64,000 nt of DNA from an uncultured Candidatus Saccharibacteria bacterium (GCA_964536985.1 CAZIBG010000001.1:49017-113016), one strand, 5' to 3'. Shown: positions 19,050-28,603, numbered from the stretch's first letter. Notes: a model not told the origin generated them from the sequence alone. Numbers and translations are program-made.

Positions 19050-21647
19050 TTACTTTTTGCCTTTTTTGCGTCGTTTTCGCTCAGCCTTACGAGCTTTCTT
19101 GCGCTGATCGGTTGATGTAACTTTTTTGGATCCGCCCTTTTGTTGGCCGGCGGCTACAAAGTCCTCTTCGTTAAATTCGTCGACCTGAATAATCTTGTCG
19201 GCGTTATCCACTGACTGCCGTGCTGCCAAGGTGAGTTGTGTTTCGACGGGCTTGTCTGACTCGTCACTAGGTTCGGCATTAAAAACGGCACGCATAACAT
19301 CGTGGCGAAGATCATTCTGCATTTCTTCGAACATATGTTGTCCCTGGCGACGATACTCCACTAGCGGGTCTCGCTGTCCAACACTAATCCAGTGAATACC
19401 TTCACGCAAGTGATCCATATTCTCTAGGTGCTGCATCCATAAGTTGTCGAGCAGCTGGAGATAGATGTCTCGCTCAACCTTGCGCATTACTTCTGTAGTG
19501 AACATCTCTTCTCGCTCTTTATACAACTGATTAGCTTGCTCTAATAGCGCAGCTTCGAACTTTTCTGCAGGTGCGTCAAAGAGTTCGTCTAAAACTTTCT
19601 CACTGAAAGGAAATACTTCACGGAGTAATGTTTCGTAATGCTCGGTCGTCGCCAAATCTGATTTTGCTAAGACTTTAACTTCTTCCTCTATAAATAACTT
19701 GATACGCTTACTGATATCCGGCTGATTAAGGATTTCTCGGCGCATGGTGTAGGTAGCTCGTCGATGGCGGTTCATGACGTCATCGTACTGTACAACGTTC
19801 TTACGTTGATCAAAGTTATGACCTTCGACCTTCTCCTGGGCACCCTCAAGGCTCTTACTAATAATCCGGTTTTCGATTGGGGTGTTGTCGTCTACTTTCA
19901 ATCGCTCCATAACACTAGCGATTCTTTCGCCACCGAATATGCGCATCAGATCATCTTCGGTACTAACAAAGAATTGAGTCACACCAGGATCACCCTGACG
20001 TCCAGAACGTCCTCGAAGTTGATTATCGATACGTCGTGACTCGTGTCGCTCGGAACCGAGCACGAATAGTCCACCGAGCTTTTTAGTCTCATCATCCAAC
20101 ACGATGTCCGTACCACGACCGGCAATGTTAGTAGCCAGTGTTACGCCACCACTTTGTCCAGCCTTAGCGACGATAGCAGCTTCTTTCTCGTTATTCTTGG
20201 CGTTAAGAATCTGGTGAGGCACACCCTCTTTTTTAAGAAGTCGAGACAGTTCTTCGTTCTTTTCAATCGATACGGTACCGATGAGGACTGGTTGGCCTTT
20301 TTGATGAAGCATCTTAACTTCTTTAGCTATGGCCTTAAATTTGCCAGACTCGGTCTTGTAGATGCGGTCAGGGCGATCTTCTCGAGCTAACGGCATATTG
20401 GACGGGATCTGAAGTACATCCAATTTATAGATCTGGTGGAATTCTTCACTTTCGGTCTCGGCTGTACCTGTCATACCGGACAACTTTTCGTACAGACGGA
20501 AGTAGTTCTGGAAACTGATTGTCGCCAGCGTCATAGACTCTTCCTGTACTTCCACACCTTCTTTTGCTTCGATAGCCTGGTGAAGTCCTTCGTTATAGCG
20601 ACGTCCCTTGAGTAATCGCCCGGTGAACTCATCAACAATAACCACTTCGCCGTCACTGCTGACAACATAGTCTTTGTCACGTTTGAATAATGCTTGCGCT
20701 TTAAGCGCTTGATCTAAGTGGTAGATATTACGGATATTATCGCTAGCGTATAGCCGATCAATGCCTAGCAACTTCTCTACAAATTCAACACCTTCGTCAG
20801 TAAGCACGGCTGCTTTTCGTTTTTCGTCGATTTCGAAGTGCTTTTCTGCAACAAGCTGTCGAGCTACTTTTGCGAACTGTGAGTATGCCGATCCGCTCGT
20901 AGCAGCGGGCGCAGAAATAATCAGCGGCGTACGAGCTTCGTCAATGAGGATGGAGTCTACTTCGTCAACGATTGCAAAGTGCAAATCACGTTGTCGCAAC
21001 TGATCAAGCTCCCGAACCATGTTGTCGCGGAGGTAATCAAAACCGAATTCGTTATTTGTGCCATAGGTTACATCAGCTGCGTAAGCATCCTGTCTGGTGC
21101 ACGGACGAAGGTTTCGGAAGCGCTTATCTTCGTGATCTTTATTTATAAATTCGGGATCATAAATGTATGACTCATCGGCGATGATAACACCAGTAGAAAG
21201 GCCTAGGAAGTGAAAGACTTGTCCATTCCAACCTGCATCACGCTGAGCAAGATAGTCGTTAACCGTAACAACGTGGACACCCTTTCCTGTCAGGCCATTA
21301 AGGTAAACAGGTGCAGTCGCAGTAAGTGTTTTACCTTCTCCCGTTTTCATTTCGGTAACGTTACCTTCGTGAAGAGCCATTCCACCAATCAACTGAACAT
21401 CGAAGTGTCGTTGTCCAAGTGTTCGAGTTGCTGCTTCACGCACCACCGCAAAGGCATCGGGAAGAATCTTATCAAGCGACTCTTTTTGGAGTCGTTGCTT
21501 TAGAATTGCAGTCTGTTCCTGCAGTTTCTTATCTGACAACTTCTTATATTTATCTCCAAGTGCATTGATGTCTTTGACACGCTTTGCCATCCGTTTAACG
21601 GTTTTTGCCTGGGGATCACCCAATATCTTCTTAAACACCTTCTTCAT
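19050..21647 (-). CDS. secA: preprotein translocase ATPase SecA
   Basis: MKTGEGKTLTA Walker A, DEVDSILIDEARTPLIIS, and a basic C-terminal tail. Confidence 0.95.
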   Translation of the reverse strand: MKKVFKKILGDPQAKTVKRMAKRVKDINALGDKYKKLSDKKLQEQTAILKQRLQKESLDKILPDAFAVVREAATRTLGQRHFDVQLIGGMALHEGNVTEMKTGEGKTLTATAPVYLNGLTGKGVHVVTVNDYLAQRDAGWNGQVFHFLGLSTGVIIADESYIYDPEFINKDHEDKRFRNLRPCTRQDAYAADVTYGTNNEFGFDYLRDNMVRELDQLRQRDLHFAIVDEVDSILIDEARTPLIISAPAATSGSAYSQFAKVARQLVAEKHFEIDEKRKAAVLTDEGVEFVEKLLGIDRLYASDNIRNIYHLDQALKAQALFKRDKDYVVSSDGEVVIVDEFTGRLLKGRRYNEGLHQAIEAKEGVEVQEESMTLATISFQNYFRLYEKLSGMTGTAETESEEFHQIYKLDVLQIPSNMPLAREDRPDRIYKTESGKFKAIAKEVKMLHQKGQPVLIGTVSIEKNEELSRLLKKEGVPHQILNAKNNEKEAAIVAKAGQSGGVTLATNIAGRGTDIVLDDETKKLGGLFVLGSERHESRRIDNQLRGRSGRQGDPGVTQFFVSTEDDLMRIFGGERIASVMERLKVDDNTPIENRIISKSLEGAQEKVEGHNFDQRKNVVQYDDVMNRHRRATYTMRREILNQPDISKRIKLFIEEEVKVLAKSDLATTEHYETLLREVFPFSEKVLDELFDAPAEKFEAALLEQANQLYKEREEMFTTEVMRKVERDIYLQLLDNLWMQHLENMDHLREGIHWISVGQRDPLVEYRRQGQHMFEEMQNDLRHDVMRAVFNAEPSDESDKPVETQLTLAARQSVDNADKIIQVDEFNEEDFVAAGQQKGGSKKVTSTDQRKKARKAERKRRKKGKK

Positions 21648-21741
21648 GTGCTAATGGTCCTCCGGTCTAGTCTCGGTCATTTGTTGAATATCACCATTTA
21701 TTGTAGCGCAACTACAGATAAAAGGCATGGTAATTTTTACG

Positions 21742-22113
21742 TTACTGCATTCGGGCAGATGAACGTTTGAACTTTGACAGAATACGCTGGTGAAGCCGGC
21801 CTGTACCATGGGTCTGTTTGTATTTTTTAATCTGGTTTTTAAGCTTCTCTTCTACTACGTCAATTGCAGCAAACATATTGACTGTCGTTTCTTTGACCGT
21901 GATGGTTTCTTGAGGCAGGTGTAGTATGACCTCACAGGTACATTCCACTCGAGCTTTGATTTTTTGCTCTTTCAGTTTGACCTCAACATGTGCTGACTCT
22001 TTTGAATGAGCAGGCATGTATTGATCAAGTTTTCCGATTTTACGAGTAATATACTTTCGAAGATCGTCTGTAACTTCGGTATGAACGCCATTAACCTCTA
22101 GTTTCTTGATCAT
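21742..22113 (-). CDS. hpf: ribosome hibernation promoting factor (short HPF/RaiA)
   Basis: VTDDLRKYITRKIGKLDQY...AAIDVVEEKLKNQIKKYK is the pattern of the sigma-54 modulation/S30EA family. Confidence 0.8.
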   Translation of the reverse strand: MIKKLEVNGVHTEVTDDLRKYITRKIGKLDQYMPAHSKESAHVEVKLKEQKIKARVECTCEVILHLPQETITVKETTVNMFAAIDVVEEKLKNQIKKYKQTHGTGRLHQRILSKFKRSSARMQ

Positions 22114-22116
22114 GCA

Positions 22117-23403
22117 TCATCCTTTCATGTAACTTTTAAGAACATCGGGGATACGGTTTGTCCCGTCGGCATTTTGATAGTTTTCAAGTACCGCCTTAAT
22201 GATCCGTCCCAATGCAAATGCAGTGGCATCATTGGTGTGCACGAGTTCAACGCTTGCATCAGCCCGACGGATTCGAGTTTTGAGTCGGCGCGCCTGATAG
22301 TCGGTCATGTAATCTGCAGTATGAGTTTCTCGATATGCTCCCTGCGCCGGCATCCATACATTGATATCAACTCCTGTGGCATTAGGTCGGCCTATGTCTG
22401 CCGTGCACTTGCGGATCAACTGATATGGTAGCTCTAGTGCCGCTACTAAGTATTCCTGGATTGCAACCAGAAGTTTGTGTTCATCAAGGCCCGTTTCTGG
22501 CGTGCTAAAAACTTCCATTTCCAGTTTATCGAACTGATGCATGCGAAATAGCCCCTCAGTGTCCTTGCCATATGTTCCGGCTTCCCTTCGAAAACTCGTG
22601 GAGTATCCAAGGTAGCGTATTGGTAGACTTTTTTCATCGATTATCTCGTTCATGTACATGGTGCAGAGACTGTGTTCTGCGCTAGCATTCATCCAAAGTT
22701 CGTCGTCAGCCAGCTTATACGTCACCTCTTCGGCATCAAGACGAGCCGAGGCTTCGTAAGGCACTGTGGCAACCATGGCAGGTGGGATGACCGGGGTAAA
22801 CGCTTTTGGTACTACATTAAGATTATTTTCTTTAATAAGTTTGGCAAGCAATGTTTCATCGCTTAGCGTGTCTAGAACAAATTGGATGATTGCAAATTGC
22901 AATCGAACAACATCACCCTTTATATACGCAAACCGAGCACCTGCCACTTTAGCAGCACGCTCCTTATCAATTGTGTCATTTTTGAGTCCAAGCTCTCCAT
23001 CGTTGAGTGGTTTAAAGTCAAACTCAGGAATCTTTCCGACAGTCTTAACAACGACATTCTCATCCTCAGAGGCCCCGACCGGTACATCATCAAGTGGCAT
23101 ATTAGGAATTGCCTTGAGCATCTGAACTACATCTAGTTCAAGTGGAGCTAGCTTGTGCTCAAGCAATGTGACTCTTTCCTTGAGATCCTTGCCTCTCTCT
23201 ATTTGCTCGTCTGTCGGCTTGCCAGCGCTCAAACTTGAACTATGAGCATTTCGCTCTGCGCGTGCATCTTCTAGCTCCACTAAAACATTTCGACGGTCTT
23301 CGTCTACTTTCAATAGCTCGCTAATGTCAATGACATAGCCTTTTTGGGCGGACTTTTCTTGGACTAGTTCGGGATTATCTCGGATAAATTGGATGTCTAA
23401 CAT
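22117..23403 (-). CDS. serS: serine--tRNA ligase
   Basis: N-terminal coiled-coil arm (MLDIQFIRDNPELV) and class II core (FRREAGTYGKDTEGLFRMHQFDKLE). Confidence 0.95.
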   Translation of the reverse strand: MLDIQFIRDNPELVQEKSAQKGYVIDISELLKVDEDRRNVLVELEDARAERNAHSSSLSAGKPTDEQIERGKDLKERVTLLEHKLAPLELDVVQMLKAIPNMPLDDVPVGASEDENVVVKTVGKIPEFDFKPLNDGELGLKNDTIDKERAAKVAGARFAYIKGDVVRLQFAIIQFVLDTLSDETLLAKLIKENNLNVVPKAFTPVIPPAMVATVPYEASARLDAEEVTYKLADDELWMNASAEHSLCTMYMNEIIDEKSLPIRYLGYSTSFRREAGTYGKDTEGLFRMHQFDKLEMEVFSTPETGLDEHKLLVAIQEYLVAALELPYQLIRKCTADIGRPNATGVDINVWMPAQGAYRETHTADYMTDYQARRLKTRIRRADASVELVHTNDATAFALGRIIKAVLENYQNADGTNRIPDVLKSYMKG

Positions 23404-23426
23404 ACAGTTAGTATACCGTAAGTCCG

Positions 23427-24215
23427 TTACAATTTCTTCTTAGAGATGTGCTGCAAAGTTAACTCTGTTCGACGGCGAGCATAGGTACAGTAATCACAGT
23501 CGCCGCCCATGGCTGCCTGTCCAACAGCTGGCATGTCACCTTCTATGCATTCTTTCATGGCCAACAACGTCTTCTCGACCCATGCATCGTTACCGTGATG
23601 AGGAAAAACATTTGTTCGAAATTCCACCACATCATTAAAGCCGTCTTTACTAGCATCACCATTGGCATATACAAAATAGCCGGTGTCGCTGACTTTATGA
23701 CCATTGGCTCGAAGCAACCATTGGTATGTTTCCATCTGGCGTCGATAGCTATCTTGCCAACCTCCAACAGGACCAAGACTGGTGATTTCCTTGTCTTTTG
23801 CGGTAGCTTTGTAGTCTACAACGATCAATTCCCCGTCATCATTTACCCAGACATCATCAACCGCCCCAAAGACATGAAGATTAGTGGGCTGATGCACGGT
23901 AAAGACGCCAACAAAATTCTCTCGCCAGGTGTCCATGTCTGGATGAACAAAAGGTTTAGCCGCTATGTTGAATTTTATCTGCAAAGGATGCTGCGTACCT
24001 GCGGCACGATGAACATCAAATTCTTTTTTGAACAACTCGTCGATTGCTTTATTGATGTTGAATGGTGGAGTGTTTGGGCGAGTAATTTTATGGCGAACGT
24101 CTAGCCAGAAGCAACGCGGACATTGCGTAAACAATTCTATCTTACTTCGGCTAACCTTAAACGGGGCTGTTTGCCCAGGCGAATACGGCTGACTTCGTTC
24201 CCTCCAATAATTCAT
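23427..24215 (-). CDS. PD-(D/E)XK nuclease, Cas4/RecB-like with Cys cluster
   Basis: D..ELIVVDYK (D-ExK core) plus Cys pairs CPRCFW and CDYCTY, consistent with an Fe-S cluster. Confidence 0.6.
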   Translation of the reverse strand: MNYWRERSQPYSPGQTAPFKVSRSKIELFTQCPRCFWLDVRHKITRPNTPPFNINKAIDELFKKEFDVHRAAGTQHPLQIKFNIAAKPFVHPDMDTWRENFVGVFTVHQPTNLHVFGAVDDVWVNDDGELIVVDYKATAKDKEITSLGPVGGWQDSYRRQMETYQWLLRANGHKVSDTGYFVYANGDASKDGFNDVVEFRTNVFPHHGNDAWVEKTLLAMKECIEGDMPAVGQAAMGGDCDYCTYARRRTELTLQHISKKKL

Positions 24216-24233
24216 CTGCTTATTGTAACAGCT

Positions 24234-25106
24234 CTAGTTGGTGAAGCTTCGGATAATAGCTCGGTATAGTCGCGGGTGTTTGCGTTCCAAATATTCTAAA
24301 ACCAATACTACTGAGAATGGTATGGCAAATGATATGACGACCCCCAAAAGTCGTATCCAGTCGGTTATACCATGTAGCTCTACAAATTCCGATCCTGGCT
24401 CTGTTGCCAGCATCCAAGAAAATGAAATGAATAGGCCAATAAAGATACAAATTATCCAAGCAAGTCGAACCATATGGCCGCCGATCTTTGCAGTTTGCTC
24501 AGGGATTATATCCATCATCCGAGAATCAATAACTTCCTGATGTCCTTTATCCTTCCATGACTTTAACCTGTGATCAATCTCGGCAAGTAGTACCTGTGCT
24601 GCGTCGAGTATTGCCTGTTCTGCTTTTGGCTTCTTAAATACTCTTTTTTGACTGATTAGCCTAAGATGCTGTCCTCTTATCTCTACATCGTAGTGCCTAG
24701 ATGAATCAATGAGTGTTTGCATTACATCGGGTGAGATAATACTAAGTGCCAACTGCTTTGAGCCGTCAGCTGCATACAACTGGAAATACTTATCAAAGTT
24801 TCCTTCTAAAGAAACTTTATATTTTTTGGGGAAATAGAACCGCGGCCCAGACATTCTTGAGTCTGCATGACTATCGAGGTATATATGTGGAAGGTGCTTA
24901 TCAAGTGTAATATCGATACCTCGAAACTTGATCATCCGACCGGTTTTAACCACTACCTCCGATTCAATGTCATCGCCAAACTTGTAGTCATAGACTTTCT
25001 TACCGATATATAGCCTGCCGCTCTTTACGCGAGTCTGCATGAACCACCACAAACAGTAAAGTGCACCGAGTGTTAATAGGGTATTGATAATGTTCTGTGA
25101 GTTCAA
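24234..25106 (-). CDS. hypothetical membrane protein
   Basis: One N-terminal and about 3 C-terminal TM segments flanking a soluble middle; no recognised motif. Confidence 0.4.
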   Translation of the reverse strand: MNSQNIINTLLTLGALYCLWWFMQTRVKSGRLYIGKKVYDYKFGDDIESEVVVKTGRMIKFRGIDITLDKHLPHIYLDSHADSRMSGPRFYFPKKYKVSLEGNFDKYFQLYAADGSKQLALSIISPDVMQTLIDSSRHYDVEIRGQHLRLISQKRVFKKPKAEQAILDAAQVLLAEIDHRLKSWKDKGHQEVIDSRMMDIIPEQTAKIGGHMVRLAWIICIFIGLFISFSWMLATEPGSEFVELHGITDWIRLLGVVISFAIPFSVVLVLEYLERKHPRLYRAIIRSFTN

Positions 25107-25786
25107 GACATAACCTTCATGACCGAAGCGATGCTTGCCGTCTCGGCCCTTAGCGTAAAGTCATGAAGAGCTAAATGTTTTATGTCGTGTTGGATAAATA
25201 GTTGTTTCTCGGCATCACTCCAGCCGCCCTCTGGTCCAATCAGCAAGCCGATCTTTTGATCTGATGCCAATGCCGACTCACTACCTTGTTCACAGATGTA
25301 GAGCGTTATATCTTGGCCATATTGTTCTATCGCCTTCGACACATGCATAGCATCGCGCACCTTTGGGATATCACTTCGTTCACATTGTTCAGATGCCTCG
25401 ATCACAATCTTTTGGGCTCTTTCTAAATTAAAGCCGGTTTTTTCTGAACGGTCAGCAATCAGTGGAATAAAGTGGCTGACCCCAAGTTCTGTGCACTTTT
25501 GCAGAACCCAGTCGTTCTTATCTTTCTTGAGCAGAGACCAAAATAAATAGATGTTCTTGGTAGGTAGTTTCCTTGTATATTCAGTAATCAGCTCCAGGTG
25601 AGCTTCCCCTGGGTTCATCTCTGTGATCTTATATAGGCGATCCTGTGTTTTACCGTCGAACAAGACCAGCTCCTGCCCCGCCCTAAACCGCAGCACCTTT
25701 GTCCACTGATGCAGTGTCTGCTCATCCTTAAACCAAAAATCACGATCAAGATTGATATCGGGCGTATAAAATCGATGGATCTTCAT
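25103..25786 (-). CDS. rsmE: 16S rRNA (uracil1498-N3)-methyltransferase
   Basis: MKIHRFY start and LLIGPEGGWSDAE motif of the RsmE family. Confidence 0.85.
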   Translation of the reverse strand: MKIHRFYTPDINLDRDFWFKDEQTLHQWTKVLRFRAGQELVLFDGKTQDRLYKITEMNPGEAHLELITEYTRKLPTKNIYLFWSLLKKDKNDWVLQKCTELGVSHFIPLIADRSEKTGFNLERAQKIVIEASEQCERSDIPKVRDAMHVSKAIEQYGQDITLYICEQGSESALASDQKIGLLIGPEGGWSDAEKQLFIQHDIKHLALHDFTLRAETASIASVMKVMS

Positions 25787-26424
25787 TAACTATCCGATAC
25801 GCTATGCGACTCTGCCCAATAGTAGCTAAAAATACCGCCGAATATAAGGATGGTACAGAACCACGAGATTAACTGCTGGGCCATTGTGTCGCTACCGTCA
25901 ACAAACTGAAACAGTGCAAATATCGTGTGGACGAGCAGCACTATGAAACACAATCCTTGCGTAGTCTGCACCAGGTGAACTCTTGCGGCCACCCGCTTCA
26001 CGTCAGGATCCTTTGCTTCTACACGACGGATTCGAGCAAACAAGATCAAGAATAGTGGAAGTGTTACCATCAAGGCCGTTAACGGAAACTTAACCACGTC
26101 AGCATCGGTAGTGAATAGAAAGGCGTTAAATATCCAGAAAGTGGCAAATGCTGCCACCCAAAGATTCAAAAACATGATGTTGTATTCAAATACTTTGGCT
26201 TTCAAACCCTGCTCTCTGCTATCCAAAAGATCAGAAGAGTTGCGAGTCTGCGTACTTTTTGACTTACCGTTAGTTGGCGGTTTTGGAACCTCCAAGTCAC
26301 CAAGAGCTTCATTTATGTCGCTATCCGGCCAACCTTGGGCACTCAGTTTTTGTAGAATATCCTCATCGGATAGTTTTGCGCCTCTTGCCTTCTGAACAAA
26401 TGAATCTAAATCTGAGTTTGCCAT
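25786..26424 (-). CDS. hypothetical membrane protein (soluble N-terminal helix-rich head plus 4 TM)
   Basis: Hydropathy only; 1-nt overlap with rsmE. Confidence 0.4.
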   Translation of the reverse strand: MANSDLDSFVQKARGAKLSDEDILQKLSAQGWPDSDINEALGDLEVPKPPTNGKSKSTQTRNSSDLLDSREQGLKAKVFEYNIMFLNLWVAAFATFWIFNAFLFTTDADVVKFPLTALMVTLPLFLILFARIRRVEAKDPDVKRVAARVHLVQTTQGLCFIVLLVHTIFALFQFVDGSDTMAQQLISWFCTILIFGGIFSYYWAESHSVSDS

Positions 26425-26445
26425 TATGAGCTCCTTATCTCTTTA

Positions 26446-27720
26446 CTATAACGCATTCTTCTTTAGTTTAAGCACTACAAGTGATTCAATATGTGGCGTC
26501 CGTGGGAAAAAGTTATAGCCCTCAATCAACGATATATCATAAACTTCAGCCAGGTGCGCGACATCCCTTGCCTGAGTAGATGGATTGCACGAAAGATAAC
26601 AGATTAGAACCGGTTTTTTATCTAATATGTGGTCGACCACACTATGGTGCAGTCCGCTGCGAGGAGGATCAACGATTAGGCAGGTATCGGATTGTATGTA
26701 GCTTAAAGCCTCTTCCGAGCTGGCGTGAACCACCTCTATGCTGCGTCCCTCGGTGTTATGCTTTGCCATGGCGATATTTGCCGGGTCCAACTCTATCAAG
26801 GCTTTGGTGCCTGATATTGGTATACCAATGGAACCGACACCGGCATACATATCGATAATGTTTTTACTACCCGCCACCTGCTTGTCGATCTGCTTTAAGG
26901 CCATTTCAAAGACGGGTATATTTACCTGGAAGAACCCTGATACATCATATTGCATTGATGTGCCAAGTAACTCATCACTAAGTCTGGTATCACCAATAGC
27001 ATAGATCAACTTGGTAGGTACCGAGGCTGGGCTCTTAGGATTTGAGTGATACACCTTCATGCCTTGTACGCCTTCTGGAATATCAATCTTTGGGAAAGAT
27101 TTTGGCTTTACATACAACGCTACTGTAACGCTCCCCTGTTGGTCACATCGCAAAACAAGTGATTTTAAGTCACTCGCGCGAACACCTATTTTGTTCAATT
27201 CGGCAAGAATATTGCCTGCAGCCGTATTGATGGCTGGAAGCGCCAAAGCACTTCCTGTAACAATCTGTTTTTGATGAGTTCCTCGGTTATAAAATGCAAA
27301 GTGTAAGCCGTCGTCGTCTCCATAGAAGGAAAATTCAATCTTATTTCGGTAGGCAAAGGGCTTATCGTCGGATCGCATAGTAATATCGCCGACCGTAACA
27401 CCTTCCCGCCTAAATGCATCGGCAAGAATTTGCGTTTTATACATGTTCTCGGCTTGAAGTTCGATAATTTGCCACGGCGATGTCGCCAGGTATATGCTTT
27501 CTTCCGGCTCGATACGATACTTGGAGGCAATTATAATATCCTCTGCTACAGCCTCGGCAAAGTCTTTCTTGCTGCGGGTTATACGAGCCTTCACTTTCTC
27601 ACCAGGCAATGAGTTCCAGACAAAAACCTTGCGTCCATCATCCAATACGCCGAGTCCTTGTCCGCCATGAACAAGCTTATCAATTACAGCCTCTTCGTAA
27701 ACAATTTTTTTCTTTGTCAT
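26446..27720 (-). CDS. TRAM-domain RNA (uracil-5-)-methyltransferase, RlmD/RlmCD/TrmA family
   Basis: N-terminal TRAM (HGGQGLGVLDDGRKVFVWNSLPGEKV); DMYAGVGSIG SAM motif; YLSCNPSTQARD catalytic Cys box. No Fe-S cysteines. Confidence 0.8.
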   Translation of the reverse strand: MTKKKIVYEEAVIDKLVHGGQGLGVLDDGRKVFVWNSLPGEKVKARITRSKKDFAEAVAEDIIIASKYRIEPEESIYLATSPWQIIELQAENMYKTQILADAFRREGVTVGDITMRSDDKPFAYRNKIEFSFYGDDDGLHFAFYNRGTHQKQIVTGSALALPAINTAAGNILAELNKIGVRASDLKSLVLRCDQQGSVTVALYVKPKSFPKIDIPEGVQGMKVYHSNPKSPASVPTKLIYAIGDTRLSDELLGTSMQYDVSGFFQVNIPVFEMALKQIDKQVAGSKNIIDMYAGVGSIGIPISGTKALIELDPANIAMAKHNTEGRSIEVVHASSEEALSYIQSDTCLIVDPPRSGLHHSVVDHILDKKPVLICYLSCNPSTQARDVAHLAEVYDISLIEGYNFFPRTPHIESLVVLKLKKNAL

Positions 27721-27729
27721 TAAGATCGA

Positions 27730-28539
27730 TTACGGACGCAGAGCACCAAAGAACACTTGCCACGCCAATGCCGACTTGGCGACTAAGCTTAGAATCATAT
27801 ATACGCGCTCACCGTAAAGGTAGTCCGCCCACTTACCCTTCTTGGTGTATTGCAGATACATGTTGAGTGCAAAACTGTTAAAGAATACGAAGATGCTGGC
27901 ATAGATAAAGTAAACGAATGTCGGAACGCCTTCTACTCCGTAGACTTCTGCTCCAATAAAGTAAGCCGCCAAAACAATCCACGGAACAATGCCTGCGATA
28001 CAGCCGATCCAATATGGAAGCCAGTTAATTTTCTTGGCACCTGAGTTTTGAAGCTCCATCACCAGTCCTGTCAGGTTCATCACCAGAGTAAGAGCAAAGA
28101 TCATGAGTAAGCTTGAGAAGTCATAGACTCCGCTCAGAAGTGCTATTGCGATCATCATGGTGCTGGCGCTAAATCCATACTCAATCCATCGAAGCTTATT
28201 TATTCCCTTCTTCAGGTTAGACTCATATGTTTTTCGGTATCTAGTTGCAATAATAACGTGGGCCAATGCCGACATGAACAGGAACGCGGCCACTAAATAG
28301 GCGATATTAACACTAAATAAGGTGTGTTGAGCAGATGCCAATACAGGCTTGCCTGCTACCTTAGAGGCAATACTGTCGATCGTCAGGAATGACGTAGTTA
28401 TTGGCCAAGTAATACCCTTGGCAAGCACCAATATTATGACGCCTTGTACGAAGTGCAAAACAGCCAGGTTGCGATTCCATTTATGCAGATTCTCGATCTT
28501 GATATTTTGTTTTCTATTGAAGAATTGTAGTAATTTCAT
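27730..28539 (-). CDS. heliorhodopsin (7-TM retinal protein, HeR family)
   Basis: 7 TM. Blocks LRWIEYGFSASTMMIA, YWIGCIAGIVPWIVLAAYFI and FFNSFALNMYLQYTKKGKWADYLYGERVYMILSLVAKSALAWQVFFGAL match the remembered HeR-48C12 sequence almost residue for residue. This includes the TM3 Glu and the TM7 Schiff-base Lys (SLVAKS). Confidence 0.85.
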   Translation of the reverse strand: MKLLQFFNRKQNIKIENLHKWNRNLAVLHFVQGVIILVLAKGITWPITTSFLTIDSIASKVAGKPVLASAQHTLFSVNIAYLVAAFLFMSALAHVIIATRYRKTYESNLKKGINKLRWIEYGFSASTMMIAIALLSGVYDFSSLLMIFALTLVMNLTGLVMELQNSGAKKINWLPYWIGCIAGIVPWIVLAAYFIGAEVYGVEGVPTFVYFIYASIFVFFNSFALNMYLQYTKKGKWADYLYGERVYMILSLVAKSALAWQVFFGALRP

Positions 28540-28546
28540 ACTTGTT

Positions 28547-28555
28547 AGTGTAGCA
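28547..28555 (-). promoter_or_regulatory. extended -10 TGCTACACT, 7 nt upstream of the heliorhodopsin ATG
   Basis: Reverse complement reads TGCTACACT then aacaagt then ATG; no SD. Confidence 0.4.
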
Positions 28556-28584
28556 CATCAAGCCCCTGTTGGTCGCTGTTGAGG

Positions 28585-28593
28585 TGGTATACT
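28585..28593 (+). promoter_or_regulatory. extended -10 TGGTATACT, 10 nt upstream of the sortase ATG
   Basis: tggtatact then acttatagta then ATG; no SD. Confidence 0.4.
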
Positions 28594-28603
28594 ACTTATA
28601 GTA

